From a virus: DNA of 64,000 bases. The stretch covers positions 93,288 to 157,287 of the IMG/VR virus record IMGVR_UViG_3300020171_000001; one strand, 5' to 3'. Numbering within the stretch: the first letter of the stretch is position 1; each line of letters begins with the position of its first letter. The position numbers and the translations under genes are program-made. Shown here piece by piece: positions 36,789 through 45,958 of this stretch. Below the pieces are notes generated by a model. The model was given only the letters and a program-made list of their open reading frames with translations, made no database searches and was not told the origin of the DNA.

Positions 36789-37922
36789 ATGGAGATACAC
36801 GGTCTGACTTACCATTCCACACCAGAGATCATCAGCCTCGGCGACCCGCCCGAAGGCCGGTGGATTCTCAAGCCCCTAATTCCTGCGGTGGGAAAGACCA
36901 TCGTATTCGGCGCGCCGAACGACTACAAGACATTTACGATGCTGGATCTCTGCTTGGCCTATGGAAGCAATGGCTCGCTCTTCCAAGAACTTCCGTTGCA
37001 AAAACACGGGCGTGGGCTGTTCATCACGGTCGAGGGCGACGCCTATGACACACGGGATCGGCTCTCCATGCTCTTGCGCGGGCAAGCCAATCTGGACCCG
37101 GGGAAGATCGACCTGTTCTTCGGGCACGAGCCGATCTACCTCAACACGCCGCGTGGGATCCAGATCTTGGGCGAGGTGATCGGCGACATCAAGCCAGGGC
37201 TCGTGGTCCTTGATCCTTTGCGGCACTTCATCCCTGGCTGCGACGAGAACGATGCCACCCGCGTGAGCGCCGTCTGCGAGGGCCTCAACACGCTCCTGCG
37301 CACCCACCGGTTCTCTCTGGTGGTGATCCACCACGCGGGAAAGCGCGGGGATATGCGCGGGTCGTCGGCCTGGGATGGCTGGGCCGACAGCGAAATCCAG
37401 TTCATCGCGGCTCGCAATCAGATCTTGGAGGGGATGGGGGGCCCCTGCGACGTGATCACGATGCGCCAGCGCAAGGTCCGGAACGCGGGGTACTCCGATG
37501 ACTTCTTGCTCGTGCCCTTGATCGATGACAAGACCATGACGGCCTTCTACTCCATCATGGAGGGTCCCATACAGGGGGACACCCCGGTGGCTATCGATGG
37601 TGCTCAACGCATCCTCCACTGGTGGAACATCGAGGGATCCATCGGTGATTGCGCAGGTGGATTCGCCGTAGACAGCGCCCGGCGCGGAGCCAATATCTCG
37701 CCAGAGAAGGCCAAGGCCGGATTGCTGTTCCTGGAGCGCCGTGGGCGCGCCAAGCAGATCAAGATTCTTCGCAGACGCGGGGCCGACGGCTTCGGTAGTT
37801 TTCCCGGGTGGGTTATCGAGGCCTCGACAACAGATCATATCCGTGCGATGCTCTCCGTCATGAAACGGCATATGGCCGCCGACGAACCCCAGGTCGATTG
37901 GGCCGAGGAAGACACGGTGTAG
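36789..37922 (+). CDS. AAA_25 (RepA/SF4-like) helicase without primase domain
   Basis: WILKPLIP...FGAPNDYKT, EG, LVVLDPL, DEND, VIHHAGK...MRGSSA; GAGGAG RBS. Confidence 0.85.
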   Translation: MEIHGLTYHSTPEIISLGDPPEGRWILKPLIPAVGKTIVFGAPNDYKTFTMLDLCLAYGSNGSLFQELPLQKHGRGLFITVEGDAYDTRDRLSMLLRGQANLDPGKIDLFFGHEPIYLNTPRGIQILGEVIGDIKPGLVVLDPLRHFIPGCDENDATRVSAVCEGLNTLLRTHRFSLVVIHHAGKRGDMRGSSAWDGWADSEIQFIAARNQILEGMGGPCDVITMRQRKVRNAGYSDDFLLVPLIDDKTMTAFYSIMEGPIQGDTPVAIDGAQRILHWWNIEGSIGDCAGGFAVDSARRGANISPEKAKAGLLFLERRGRAKQIKILRRRGADGFGSFPGWVIEASTTDHIRAMLSVMKRHMAADEPQVDWAEEDTV

Positions 37923-37927
37923 CACAC

Positions 37928-38197
37928 GTGCTGACCCTGGAAAGCGAAGTTGAGAGCGTCCTGGCCATGCTGTCCACGGACTGGTCCCTGCGTCAACTGT
38001 ACGAGCGTCTCGTGGGCGCCCTGGAAGACCGCGGTATCGTGCCAGGCGCACCAGTGCCTACAGACCGTGACTGGCTTGCTCTCGAGCTTGATGCCGGGGA
38101 GGGGCACATGCGGCCCCTGGCAACGCTCCTGTTCCGCGTGAGGGACTCGCAGCAAAGTTGCCCGCAGTGGGTCCGGCAGATCAAGTCGCGGTTCTAA
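37928..38197 (+). CDS. small hypothetical protein
   Basis: Follows AAA_25; VLTLESEVE... Confidence 0.45.
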   Translation: MLTLESEVESVLAMLSTDWSLRQLYERLVGALEDRGIVPGAPVPTDRDWLALELDAGEGHMRPLATLLFRVRDSQQSCPQWVRQIKSRF

Positions 38198-38342
38198 AGC
38201 CCAGTTCAATAAAAGGCCTGGCGCGGGGGAGAGGGACCCGGCCAGGCTTCCTACAATACCGCGGAGAGGGAGACAGGTACCCCGGAGTCTAGCAAAGGCT
38301 CCTGCGCCATGCAAGAGCTATTGCTTCCAGCTCTGAGCCCGC

Positions 38343-38377
38343 GCAGCCCGCAGCCCGCAGCCCGCAGCCCGCAGCCC
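38343..38377. repeat. (GCAGCCC)5 tandem repeat
   Basis: Read directly; intergenic. Confidence 0.95.
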
Positions 38378-38571
38378 GCGCCAACGAAGGCCCACCCAAA
38401 CCCTCCCCTACGAGACTTACATATGTGAGACACTTTAGCTGGTCTGCGGTAGTGAGACTCGCAACCTGTGGGGCTACCGAGTGGCAGTTTGCGAACTCTT
38501 TCGCGTCTGCAAGCGTGCTCCTGCGGGGTTCGGCAGAGCCCCGATTTTGGCCGGTGGGGGGGCCCTCGCTC

Positions 38572-38650
38572 TATACGGAAACAGCAAAAGTGAACAAATC
38601 TCGACTTATCCACAGGTATTTCTGAATGATTCCGAGACGTTCGAGATTTT
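38572..38650 (+). repeat. left copy of 79-bp inverted repeat, DnaA box TTATCCACA at 38606-38614
   Basis: 77/79 identical to the reverse complement of 45649-45727. Confidence 0.95.
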
Positions 38651-38685
38651 CGTGCGGATCTGTCACACTGTCCCGTGACCACGAA

Positions 38686-41600
38686 TTAGTCCTGTGATTC
38701 CGGATAGCTTGAGATTTTTGCCAGAAGTCGCCAGAAGGGCGAGTCGCGGCAGGACTCGAGCCGTTTGGCCCGCGTCACGATTAGCCGATCTTTCGCCCGG
38801 CTGACTGCCACGTAAAGGATGCGCAGCTCCTCCTCGGCCAGAACCGGGTCTTGTCTCACGCGGCCGCTCGGGAAGACCCCGTACGAGACATTGGCCAGGA
38901 CCACGACAGGGGCTTCCAGGCCCTTCATGCCGTGGCACGTTGCCAGCGTCAGCCGCTCGGTGTCCCCCGCGGCCATGGCCGCTGCGTCGCGCTGCTTCTG
39001 GATGTTGTGCAGGCCCCGAAGGTACTCCACGTGCGTCAGGAGCTCCGTGGCCGTCTCGAAACCCGCGGCGTACTCCAGCAGCTCCTCCAGGACGATGGAC
39101 GCCCCCTCGTCCTCCGAGGCGCTCGACAGGCCCATCTCCTCGGCCATGTGGTCTTCGTACTCGATGACGTCCACGAGCCAGCGCAGGGCCTCGGCCGGCG
39201 CGCGGCCAGCTCGATCCTGTAGTTTGTCCAGGATGTCCCGGAACCGCACGATGCTGCGCCGCTGCGGGTACGCCAGGCTTCCGTGCTCCAGTAAGTCAGA
39301 GAGCAGGTCTCCTGTAGCTCGGCCGGCGGCCTGGGCCTCCGCGACGCCCCGGAAGGCCTTGGCACCGATGTACCGGAAGGGCACGTTGACGATGGCCCGG
39401 AGGCTCGAGCCGTCCGGATCAGCGCCCGTGGCCACTCGCAGGTAGTTGAGCAGGTCTCGGGCCTCCCTGGTGTCAAACAGGAAGCCTCCAGCCAACTTGC
39501 GAAACGGGATGCCCTGCTTTGTGCAGAGGATGGATAGCCAATGCAAGATCCCCGCTGTCCGGGACAGCACCGCGGTGCGCCCGAGGCCTTCCTCCCGTGC
39601 CACCGCGAGGCAGAACTCCAGTTCTTCGCGTCGTCCTGGAAAGCTCCGCATCTCGATTGGCGCTCCAGGCACTCCGCGGATTGGCCGAATGGCACCGGTG
39701 AGATTCCACGGGCGACCCTCAATGACGCGCGAAGCCGTCTCGCAGATGCGGTCCGTCGACCGGTAGTTGTTGGGCAGCGTGTAGACTACTGGCTTGTACT
39801 CGTGCATGAACTGGAGGATCTGCGCGGGGTCTGCCGTGCGCCAGCTGTACAGTGAGTTGTGGACGCAGATCCCGTTGGCATAGTAGCTCGTGGTCTTCGC
39901 CACCTGCAGATCTGCCAGGACCTTCAGGGCGTCGTAGCGCTCCAGGCGGACCACCTCGCGGGTGCAACCCTCCTGCGTCCAGACCTGGCAACCCGGGACG
40001 AGCGAGCCCAGAGGGATTGCCACGATCTTCTCCTTGTTAGGCCCCTGAGCCGCGCTGAGAGCCACTCGAACCGTGCAGTCGATCTCCTCGCAGCGCAGCT
40101 TCACGGCCCTTGAGATGCGAAGGGCCAGATCATGGGCCTCGGCCCCGGAAGACACCTTGACTCGAATAACCCCGGTTCCCCTGCGGCCCTCTCTGGGTGT
40201 GATGCCGAAGTCGCGGAGCAGGGCCTCCCGAACGGCAGGCTGCTGCAAGATCTGGGACTCGCAGACCACCTCCGAGGCATCGTGCTTGTCTCCTCTCGAG
40301 AGGATGACGGAGAGCACAAGGCGATTCGTGACGTAGGTCTGCGGCATGAACGTCGGCCAGTCGAACAGGAGACGGAACGCGGTCAAAACCCTGCGACCGT
40401 TGTCACCGAACTCAGCAAACATCCTGGAGATCTCCTCTTCTCGGACTCGAAGTCCCCGGCCGTAGCGATTGAAGGGCATCGTGGGTACTTGGTAGAGCAA
40501 GGAGAGCCTTGATTCTTCGTAGCCGGCGCTTGCAGACGTCTCGTGGGCGTTAAGGAGCCAGAGCCTGTCCGCGTTTTCGTTCAGAGCGCGAGCGGCTACC
40601 GAGTGCCGCGTCTTGTTCTTTGCCCCCTGGGTTACTCCCAAGCGGAATCCCATGCCCTTGCGATACATCAGGTAGGTATAGAAGCGATCGTTGCTGGCAG
40701 GCATGCACGCGAACACGAGGTGGTCGTTGGAGCCGTCGAGGGCTCGACCGTCTTCCAGGGTGATCCGCGCGTGGTGCATCTTGGTCTGCTGCCCCACATG
40801 CTCTACTACCTGAGGGACGGGCCAGCCCTTGGCGCAGGAGAGAACCTGCATGCCTTGTCGCACCGACCCGAGCACTATGGTTGCATCCTCCGGTCCAGGC
40901 AAAGAGACTTCGGTGCTGTCTGGGTCCAGGCACTGTGCCAGGTCGCTGCACAGCATCAGGTTGTGATCGCGGTCGGTCCCCGGTGCTCCGGAGATAGCAT
41001 CTGGTAGGCCCACGGCCAGCCTCGCGATGGAATGCTGGATGCTGGACGAGTCCTGAGCTTCGTCCACGATGACCACGGACCATTGGGATGCCCACCAGCC
41101 CTGAAGTTCCTGGCTACCCGCCAAGGATTGCCAGAGCCAGCCCTGCGCATCGTCATAGCCGTAGAGACCCAGCTCCCATCTGCGTTCCTCGACTTCGCGG
41201 AAGAACGTGAAGGCGTCTTCCGCCGACATCCCAATGCGTTGGCTAAGCCAGGCTTCTGCAACGTCCATCACGTTCTGTCTTGAGGCTGCCTCGGAGACCT
41301 GAAACGGGTTGCCATGTACATGGAACGGCCCCAGGTTCTTGCACCTGGAGATGAACGTCTCAAGAACCCGGACATCGAGGGCATCCGAGACCTGGATGGC
41401 GCCCTGCCGCCGAAGACGCTTGGCCACGATCTTCATGTGGTAGGGCAACGCACCGCGCTCATCGAAGGCAACTTGCCGCATGCCCTCGGGCCAGATCTTC
41501 TTGATCCGGTGGAAGCACAATGAATGGAAGGTTCGAACCTCCACGCCGGGAACCCCAGCAGACTCCAGTCGGTGCAGGACTTCGCCGCAGGCCGCCCGGG

Positions 41601-41802
41601 TGAAGGTGAGCACCAGAATGTGCTCGGGGCGTACACCGGCGCGCACCAGACGGATGACCCGTGACACCACCGAGCGCGACTTCCCCGAGCCCGGAGCACC
41701 TGCCACGAGCGACGGTCCTAGCCCATGGTCGCGCACAGCCGTCTGGTGCTCGTCGAGCTGGAAAGCAGACGCAGGTTGCGGTTGTAAATTCAGGCTTGAC
41801 AT
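38686..41802 (-). CDS. UvrD/PcrA-like SF1 helicase, intein-containing
   Basis: GAPGSGKS, LTFT, TFHS, VDEAQD, DLAQ|SLYSWR, NYRS, TCHGMKGLE, EELRILYVAVSRAK; AGGAGG RBS. Confidence 0.93.
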   Translation of the reverse strand: MSSLNLQPQPASAFQLDEHQTAVRDHGLGPSLVAGAPGSGKSRSVVSRVIRLVRAGVRPEHILVLTFTRAACGEVLHRLESAGVPGVEVRTFHSLCFHRIKKIWPEGMRQVAFDERGALPYHMKIVAKRLRRQGAIQVSDALDVRVLETFISRCKNLGPFHVHGNPFQVSEAASRQNVMDVAEAWLSQRIGMSAEDAFTFFREVEERRWELGLYGYDDAQGWLWQSLAGSQELQGWWASQWSVVIVDEAQDSSSIQHSIARLAVGLPDAISGAPGTDRDHNLMLCSDLAQCLDPDSTEVSLPGPEDATIVLGSVRQGMQVLSCAKGWPVPQVVEHVGQQTKMHHARITLEDGRALDGSNDHLVFACMPASNDRFYTYLMYRKGMGFRLGVTQGAKNKTRHSVAARALNENADRLWLLNAHETSASAGYEESRLSLLYQVPTMPFNRYGRGLRVREEEISRMFAEFGDNGRRVLTAFRLLFDWPTFMPQTYVTNRLVLSVILSRGDKHDASEVVCESQILQQPAVREALLRDFGITPREGRRGTGVIRVKVSSGAEAHDLALRISRAVKLRCEEIDCTVRVALSAAQGPNKEKIVAIPLGSLVPGCQVWTQEGCTREVVRLERYDALKVLADLQVAKTTSYYANGICVHNSLYSWRTADPAQILQFMHEYKPVVYTLPNNYRSTDRICETASRVIEGRPWNLTGAIRPIRGVPGAPIEMRSFPGRREELEFCLAVAREEGLGRTAVLSRTAGILHWLSILCTKQGIPFRKLAGGFLFDTREARDLLNYLRVATGADPDGSSLRAIVNVPFRYIGAKAFRGVAEAQAAGRATGDLLSDLLEHGSLAYPQRRSIVRFRDILDKLQDRAGRAPAEALRWLVDVIEYEDHMAEEMGLSSASEDEGASIVLEELLEYAAGFETATELLTHVEYLRGLHNIQKQRDAAAMAAGDTERLTLATCHGMKGLEAPVVVLANVSYGVFPSGRVRQDPVLAEEELRILYVAVSRAKDRLIVTRAKRLESCRDSPFWRLLAKISSYPESQD
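39856..40932 (-). mobile_element. intein (359 aa) in UvrD motif III with GIY-YIG-like internal domain
   Basis: Starts CLDPDS, block B SNDHLVF, ends DLQV..TTSYYANGICVHN/S; internal YTYLMY...FRLGVT...R...E. Confidence 0.9.
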
Positions 41803-41899
41803 GGTCCTCCTTGCTAGCATACAATGTCGGATAAGGGGAGATCTGTCTAAAGCGTGGTTGCATGCCTTGCAGGTTAGAGGCTGTCTGCAAAGGCCCGGA

Positions 41900-44218
41900 T
41901 CATGACGGTTCGCTTGCCGCAGTTTCCCCCGTGCCCCCGATCTCAAAGAGATGCTTCAGCATAGCATCCACGATGGACTTCTGGGACACGGCGGCCCATT
42001 TCGGGTTGGGCCCCTCGTAGGCGACAATGGGCGACTTGGGCCGTCCGCTCTCCGTGTCCCCGCCCAGCAGGACATAGAGTAGGCCTGCCTCGCCGTCCGT
42101 GTTCGGTTTCTCTTTCGACCCGATAGCTTCGTGCACCAGCAAGGCCTTCAAGATGCCCGTAGCTGCACGCCGGGCAATGGCCTCGTCCACGCCCTGACCT
42201 GCGTCGCCCCGGAAGAGTTGTTCCACGAAGTCCTCCTCGGGCTCGTTGAACCAGTCGGGGAAGCGCACGCCGCGTTCCTCGGCTATGCCCGGATTGCTCA
42301 TGGTCTGAAACAGCTCACGGAACGACTGAAGCAGAATGCGCCCCAGGGTCTCAGCCCCCTGAGCTTTCAGGGCAGCCGTCGACGCAGCAGCCGGAGCAGG
42401 GGCAAGAGCATCTCCATGTGTGCTTGCCGGCCCGCTCTGGCCCGACAAGGCTGTTGATGCCTTGGTCACCTTCTCGAGGTACGGCGCGCCCTTCTGGAGA
42501 ACTCGCACTTGCCGGTGTTCCTGTTCTTCGTACCGGTCTTCCACGCCGCGCACCGAGTCAAAGTGCCGGGAGCACAGGTCGAAGTAGTCACAGCGGCCCC
42601 AACGCCCCACGCAGTTGGGCGTGCACCGGGGCCACGCGAGGTCAACAGGGGGCAAGTCCTTGCCGCGTTCCCAGGCAACAAGGCCGCGGAGGAGGTCAGT
42701 TGCAGCGGGGACCAGCATGTACTCCCAGGTGTTCCGCACATCGCGAAGGTCTATCGGTGATTCAACACGGACAATGCCCCTGTCTGGGTCCACAGCTTTG
42801 ACGCCGCCGACGTGCACATCGGGCTTCACGCCGATGGTCACCATGGTGGAGGCAAGCTCAGGCTTCGGCTCGCCAGCGATACCGCTCATGCCACCGCCCA
42901 TGACGTAGAGACCGGCGTAGCCCATGAGCTGAAAATCCAGGCCGAAGCCCTCGGTCAGCTCTCGAGTCAGCATGGAAGCCGTCTTCTCGTCGTGGACGAT
43001 CGCTTTGCCCTCGGAGGTCCGGCGCACATCGTCGAGTCGGCCACAGAGCCGTATGCGGAACGAGCCGGTCTTGCCCGGGATCTTGACCGGCGCGGACACA
43101 GCCTCCATCCGGATTTCCGAGGTGATCACGTTGCTCGACGGGCCGTAGTCGAGGTAGCCATACCGCTTGAGTCTGGCACGCAGGACGGCGCGAGCCACAG
43201 ACATCTCCTCGCCGAGTACGCCTGCGCCGGCGTGCTCTTCAACGAATGCCAGCGGGTCATCCGCACGGTCGAGTCCGTAGGTCTTCGCGAAGTGGAGTGC
43301 CGCGTGGTACAGCGTTCCAATCTGGAAGTGCGGGCGAGGAAACCGAGACCGGATGCCTCTGACGTGCGCCAGGTACACACGCCGGCGGCACTGGAGCCAG
43401 TCGATGAGGATGTGCACGTTCACACCCCATGACAGAGATGAGCCCCCCTGCATTCCGGGCATCGTGGACAGGATCTCGGAGACATCCGGCTTCTTCAGCA
43501 CGATGGGCTCAGCACCTCCCGTGATGGACATCAGGAGGTCTTCGAACGTCCCCTTGCTTGCCGTCTGACCGAGTTGCTGTTGGCCAGTGCCAGAAGCCGC
43601 CGTAGGTGCGGCCGCGGCGACGGTGGCAGCGGCCGCCAGTTCTGCGGCGGCTTCGCTGCGCGCCAGGTCCTGCCGGCTCTGCGGCGCCACACCGAGGTCA
43701 CTGGCCATGACCCATTCCGGTGCCTGGGCCCACGGGAGCTGCGTGTAGTAGGCTACCTGCCCGTCAGGGTAGACGTGCTGGCGCTGCACCGTGATGGGCG
43801 GCAGCGCCAGGTCCTCTGGCTGATACCACGTGCTGTTGGCCAGAAGCACAACGGACCCATCCTCGTACATGTGCGTGTGTGTCACATCTGCCGGAGTCCC
43901 GGTGCCGGTTACGGCCGGGCCACGGTACGCCATACGCGCGGCCACGGGCATGGCAGAGAACGGAATGGTCACCAAGAGCACCTCCGAAGCAGCCTCTGGG
44001 CCGCCCACGGCCAATGCTTGACCGTGCATCCGGTGGTATCCTGAGCAGCTTTGCTCCTCGTTGAAGTACTTGTGGCAGTAGCGCTGCACGGTATCGATGC
44101 TCATGCCAATGAGACCCCCTCCGCATGGCAGGAGTTCGATGGTGATACCCGCGACGGGGTTCACACGCACGATCTTGTTGCAGGGGGGCAAATGCGCTCC
44201 CACGTCTTGCTGACTCAT
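41900..44218 (-). CDS. Cas4-like PD-(D/E)XK nuclease with long extensions
   Basis: CRRRVYL, GTLYH, E..., GRLDDV, DEKT, QLMGY, C-terminal C...CDYFDLC Fe-S ligands. Confidence 0.85.
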   Translation of the reverse strand: MSQQDVGAHLPPCNKIVRVNPVAGITIELLPCGGGLIGMSIDTVQRYCHKYFNEEQSCSGYHRMHGQALAVGGPEAASEVLLVTIPFSAMPVAARMAYRGPAVTGTGTPADVTHTHMYEDGSVVLLANSTWYQPEDLALPPITVQRQHVYPDGQVAYYTQLPWAQAPEWVMASDLGVAPQSRQDLARSEAAAELAAAATVAAAAPTAASGTGQQQLGQTASKGTFEDLLMSITGGAEPIVLKKPDVSEILSTMPGMQGGSSLSWGVNVHILIDWLQCRRRVYLAHVRGIRSRFPRPHFQIGTLYHAALHFAKTYGLDRADDPLAFVEEHAGAGVLGEEMSVARAVLRARLKRYGYLDYGPSSNVITSEIRMEAVSAPVKIPGKTGSFRIRLCGRLDDVRRTSEGKAIVHDEKTASMLTRELTEGFGLDFQLMGYAGLYVMGGGMSGIAGEPKPELASTMVTIGVKPDVHVGGVKAVDPDRGIVRVESPIDLRDVRNTWEYMLVPAATDLLRGLVAWERGKDLPPVDLAWPRCTPNCVGRWGRCDYFDLCSRHFDSVRGVEDRYEEQEHRQVRVLQKGAPYLEKVTKASTALSGQSGPASTHGDALAPAPAAASTAALKAQGAETLGRILLQSFRELFQTMSNPGIAEERGVRFPDWFNEPEEDFVEQLFRGDAGQGVDEAIARRAATGILKALLVHEAIGSKEKPNTDGEAGLLYVLLGGDTESGRPKSPIVAYEGPNPKWAAVSQKSIVDAMLKHLFEIGGTGETAASEPS

Positions 44219-44628
44219 GGCTCCCGACTCCTGTCTTTTGAGCCCTGGGGGCTCCCAGTGAGCGCCTTCGCGCGGTAGTTATCTCGGGCCCGGCGCTGCG
44301 CTTTGGCCCGGTACACCGGATCAGTGTTGTACCGATTGCGCTGGGCATCGGTGATGCTTGGCTTGTTGGCCTTGCGGTACCCCCGGGCTCGTTGGGCGTC
44401 GGCGCTCCGCGAGCATTCTTTGCACCGCGGGCGAAAACCATCCTTGGCAGCAGCCATGCGATGGTAGAACTCGTGCGTGCGGGGCTTGTCCTCGCCGCAA
44501 CTCAAACAAGTCTTGCGGGCGACAAGCGCCCCCGAGTCGCTGGGAATCACGGAGGTATTGGCACCGCCCGCGCGTTCTTCGTCCGTGCGCTCGGCATGAC
44601 CGGGGCTCTCTGCTCTCTTATTCTTCAT
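44215..44628 (-). CDS. zinc-finger protein resembling the N-terminal domain of HNH/EndoVII homing endonucleases, no nuclease domain
   Basis: KTCLSCGEDKP..EFY...DG....CKEC followed by a basic helix. Confidence 0.7.
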   Translation of the reverse strand: MKNKRAESPGHAERTDEERAGGANTSVIPSDSGALVARKTCLSCGEDKPRTHEFYHRMAAAKDGFRPRCKECSRSADAQRARGYRKANKPSITDAQRNRYNTDPVYRAKAQRRARDNYRAKALTGSPQGSKDRSREP

Positions 44629-44645
44629 CGTTTGTTTGTCCTTGG

Positions 44646-44697
44646 ATAGTGGCGGAGACCTCGGTGCTCTGTCAACCCTAAAATGACAGGCATGACA
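44646..44697 (-). promoter_or_regulatory. promoter TTGACA-N18-CACTAT with adjacent TGACAGGCATGACA motif (44684-44697)
   Basis: Intergenic, upstream of the zinc-finger/nuclease/UvrD genes. Confidence 0.55.
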
Positions 44698-44700
44698 GGT

Positions 44701-45522
44701 TCACTGGGCCATCCACCACTGCGTCATCCACCGGGTTCCAAACCAGAGCGCGAGCCCAGCCACAGTGAGGGACAGCAAGAGCCAGATGCACCCGGTGTAT
44801 CGGGGTAGGCCCACCGGCAGCTCCTCTGCCTGCGTCTGCCCATGGTCTGGGGCAGGTACACCCCGTGGGCCCCGTGGGCCCCTTGGGCCCCGCGGCGGGT
44901 CGTAGCCGGCTGTTGCAAGCGCGGCCAGCTGCCGAGCACGGTGCGGGCCTGGCGGGACCAGGATCTCGAAACGGGATTTGCCAGCGGGCCTCCGGGCCCC
45001 GCGGCCGCCAGACTGGGCCACGGTGACCGGCGCACCCACTGTCGGGTCGAGGATGACCCAGGAGACAGCCGGGATGTCGACTCCTGTGTTCCAGATGCGT
45101 GTGGCGACCACAGCATGCACTGAGCCCGGTTGACTGGCGATGCGTGCGGCCAAGTCTGCTCGTTCGGCCACCGTAGTGGTTTGCCCGCTAACAGCGACAA
45201 TACGCTCGACTCCAGGCAGTACGGGCAGCAGCGTCTTGGGGCCCGAGTCTGCGTTACCCGAGGTCGGGGCTGAGGACAGAGACTGTTCCGGTGCCAGTGC
45301 CCAGTCCGGCCGGAGTATCGCGACCCGGGCGCGGAGCGCCGTCGTGAGTTTGTGCATCGCAGCAATCGACGGGACTAGGACGAGCCCCGGGCCGCGGCGA
45401 ATGTCCAGGATCCGGGCCAGGGCTTTGTCTACGATCCAGGCTTCGGTGGGGTCCAGTTCCATGCCAGATTCCTGCCCATCGAATACCGCGCCTGTCCAGT
45501 CCACCTGCAGCGCATGAGACAT
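44701..45522 (-). CDS. SF2 helicase C-terminal (RecA2) domain with C-terminal transmembrane-like helix
   Basis: GLVLVPSI (IV), VATRIWNTGVDIP (V), QSGGRGAR (VI); ends CIWLLLSLTVAGLALWFG. Confidence 0.85.
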   Translation of the reverse strand: MSHALQVDWTGAVFDGQESGMELDPTEAWIVDKALARILDIRRGPGLVLVPSIAAMHKLTTALRARVAILRPDWALAPEQSLSSAPTSGNADSGPKTLLPVLPGVERIVAVSGQTTTVAERADLAARIASQPGSVHAVVATRIWNTGVDIPAVSWVILDPTVGAPVTVAQSGGRGARRPAGKSRFEILVPPGPHRARQLAALATAGYDPPRGPRGPRGPRGVPAPDHGQTQAEELPVGLPRYTGCIWLLLSLTVAGLALWFGTRWMTQWWMAQ

Positions 45523-45648
45523 ATGGCGTGCCCCCTTGTAGCTCACGGGTTGATCCATGGGGTTTGCGCGATCAGCAAAAATCTCAATCGATGTGCAATA
45601 TCGTTGAGGAATTCGCGGCAGATCGGCCTATATTTCGTGTTTTCGACA

Positions 45649-45727
45649 AAAATCTCGAACGTCTCAAAATCATTCAGAAATACCTGTGGATAAGTCGAGA
45701 TTTGTTCACTTTTGCTGTTTCCGTATA
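45649..45727 (-). repeat. right copy of 79-bp inverted repeat, DnaA box at 45685-45693
   Basis: Reverse complement of 38572-38650 with 2 mismatches. Confidence 0.95.
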
Positions 45728-45958
45728 AGGCCGGGGCATCTTTTTGGCCATCATCGGGGCCTCTTTGCAAGGGATTGAAGGCCTGAGTAGGGCCCTGTCT
45801 CACGCCATGCGTGAGACACATGAGACATACCCCAGCGTGGTCTGGCGAACTGCAGAAGTTCTCGGTTCTGGCTGCGCTACACCGGCCGATTGGCGCATGC
45901 ACGGAGCACAGCAAATGCCCACGCGCGTCTGCTTCCACGCGCTTGTGCATGTGCACAC

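Noticed and set aside
41900-44218. CRISPR-Cas or casposon from the Cas4-like nuclease
   Set aside because: No repeat-spacer array, cas1 or other cas genes; stand-alone Cas4-like nucleases are common in phages
38572-45727. Transposon bounded by terminal inverted repeats
   Set aside because: No transposase inside, no target-site duplication seen, cargo is core replication genes, and one repeat lies between two halves of one helicase
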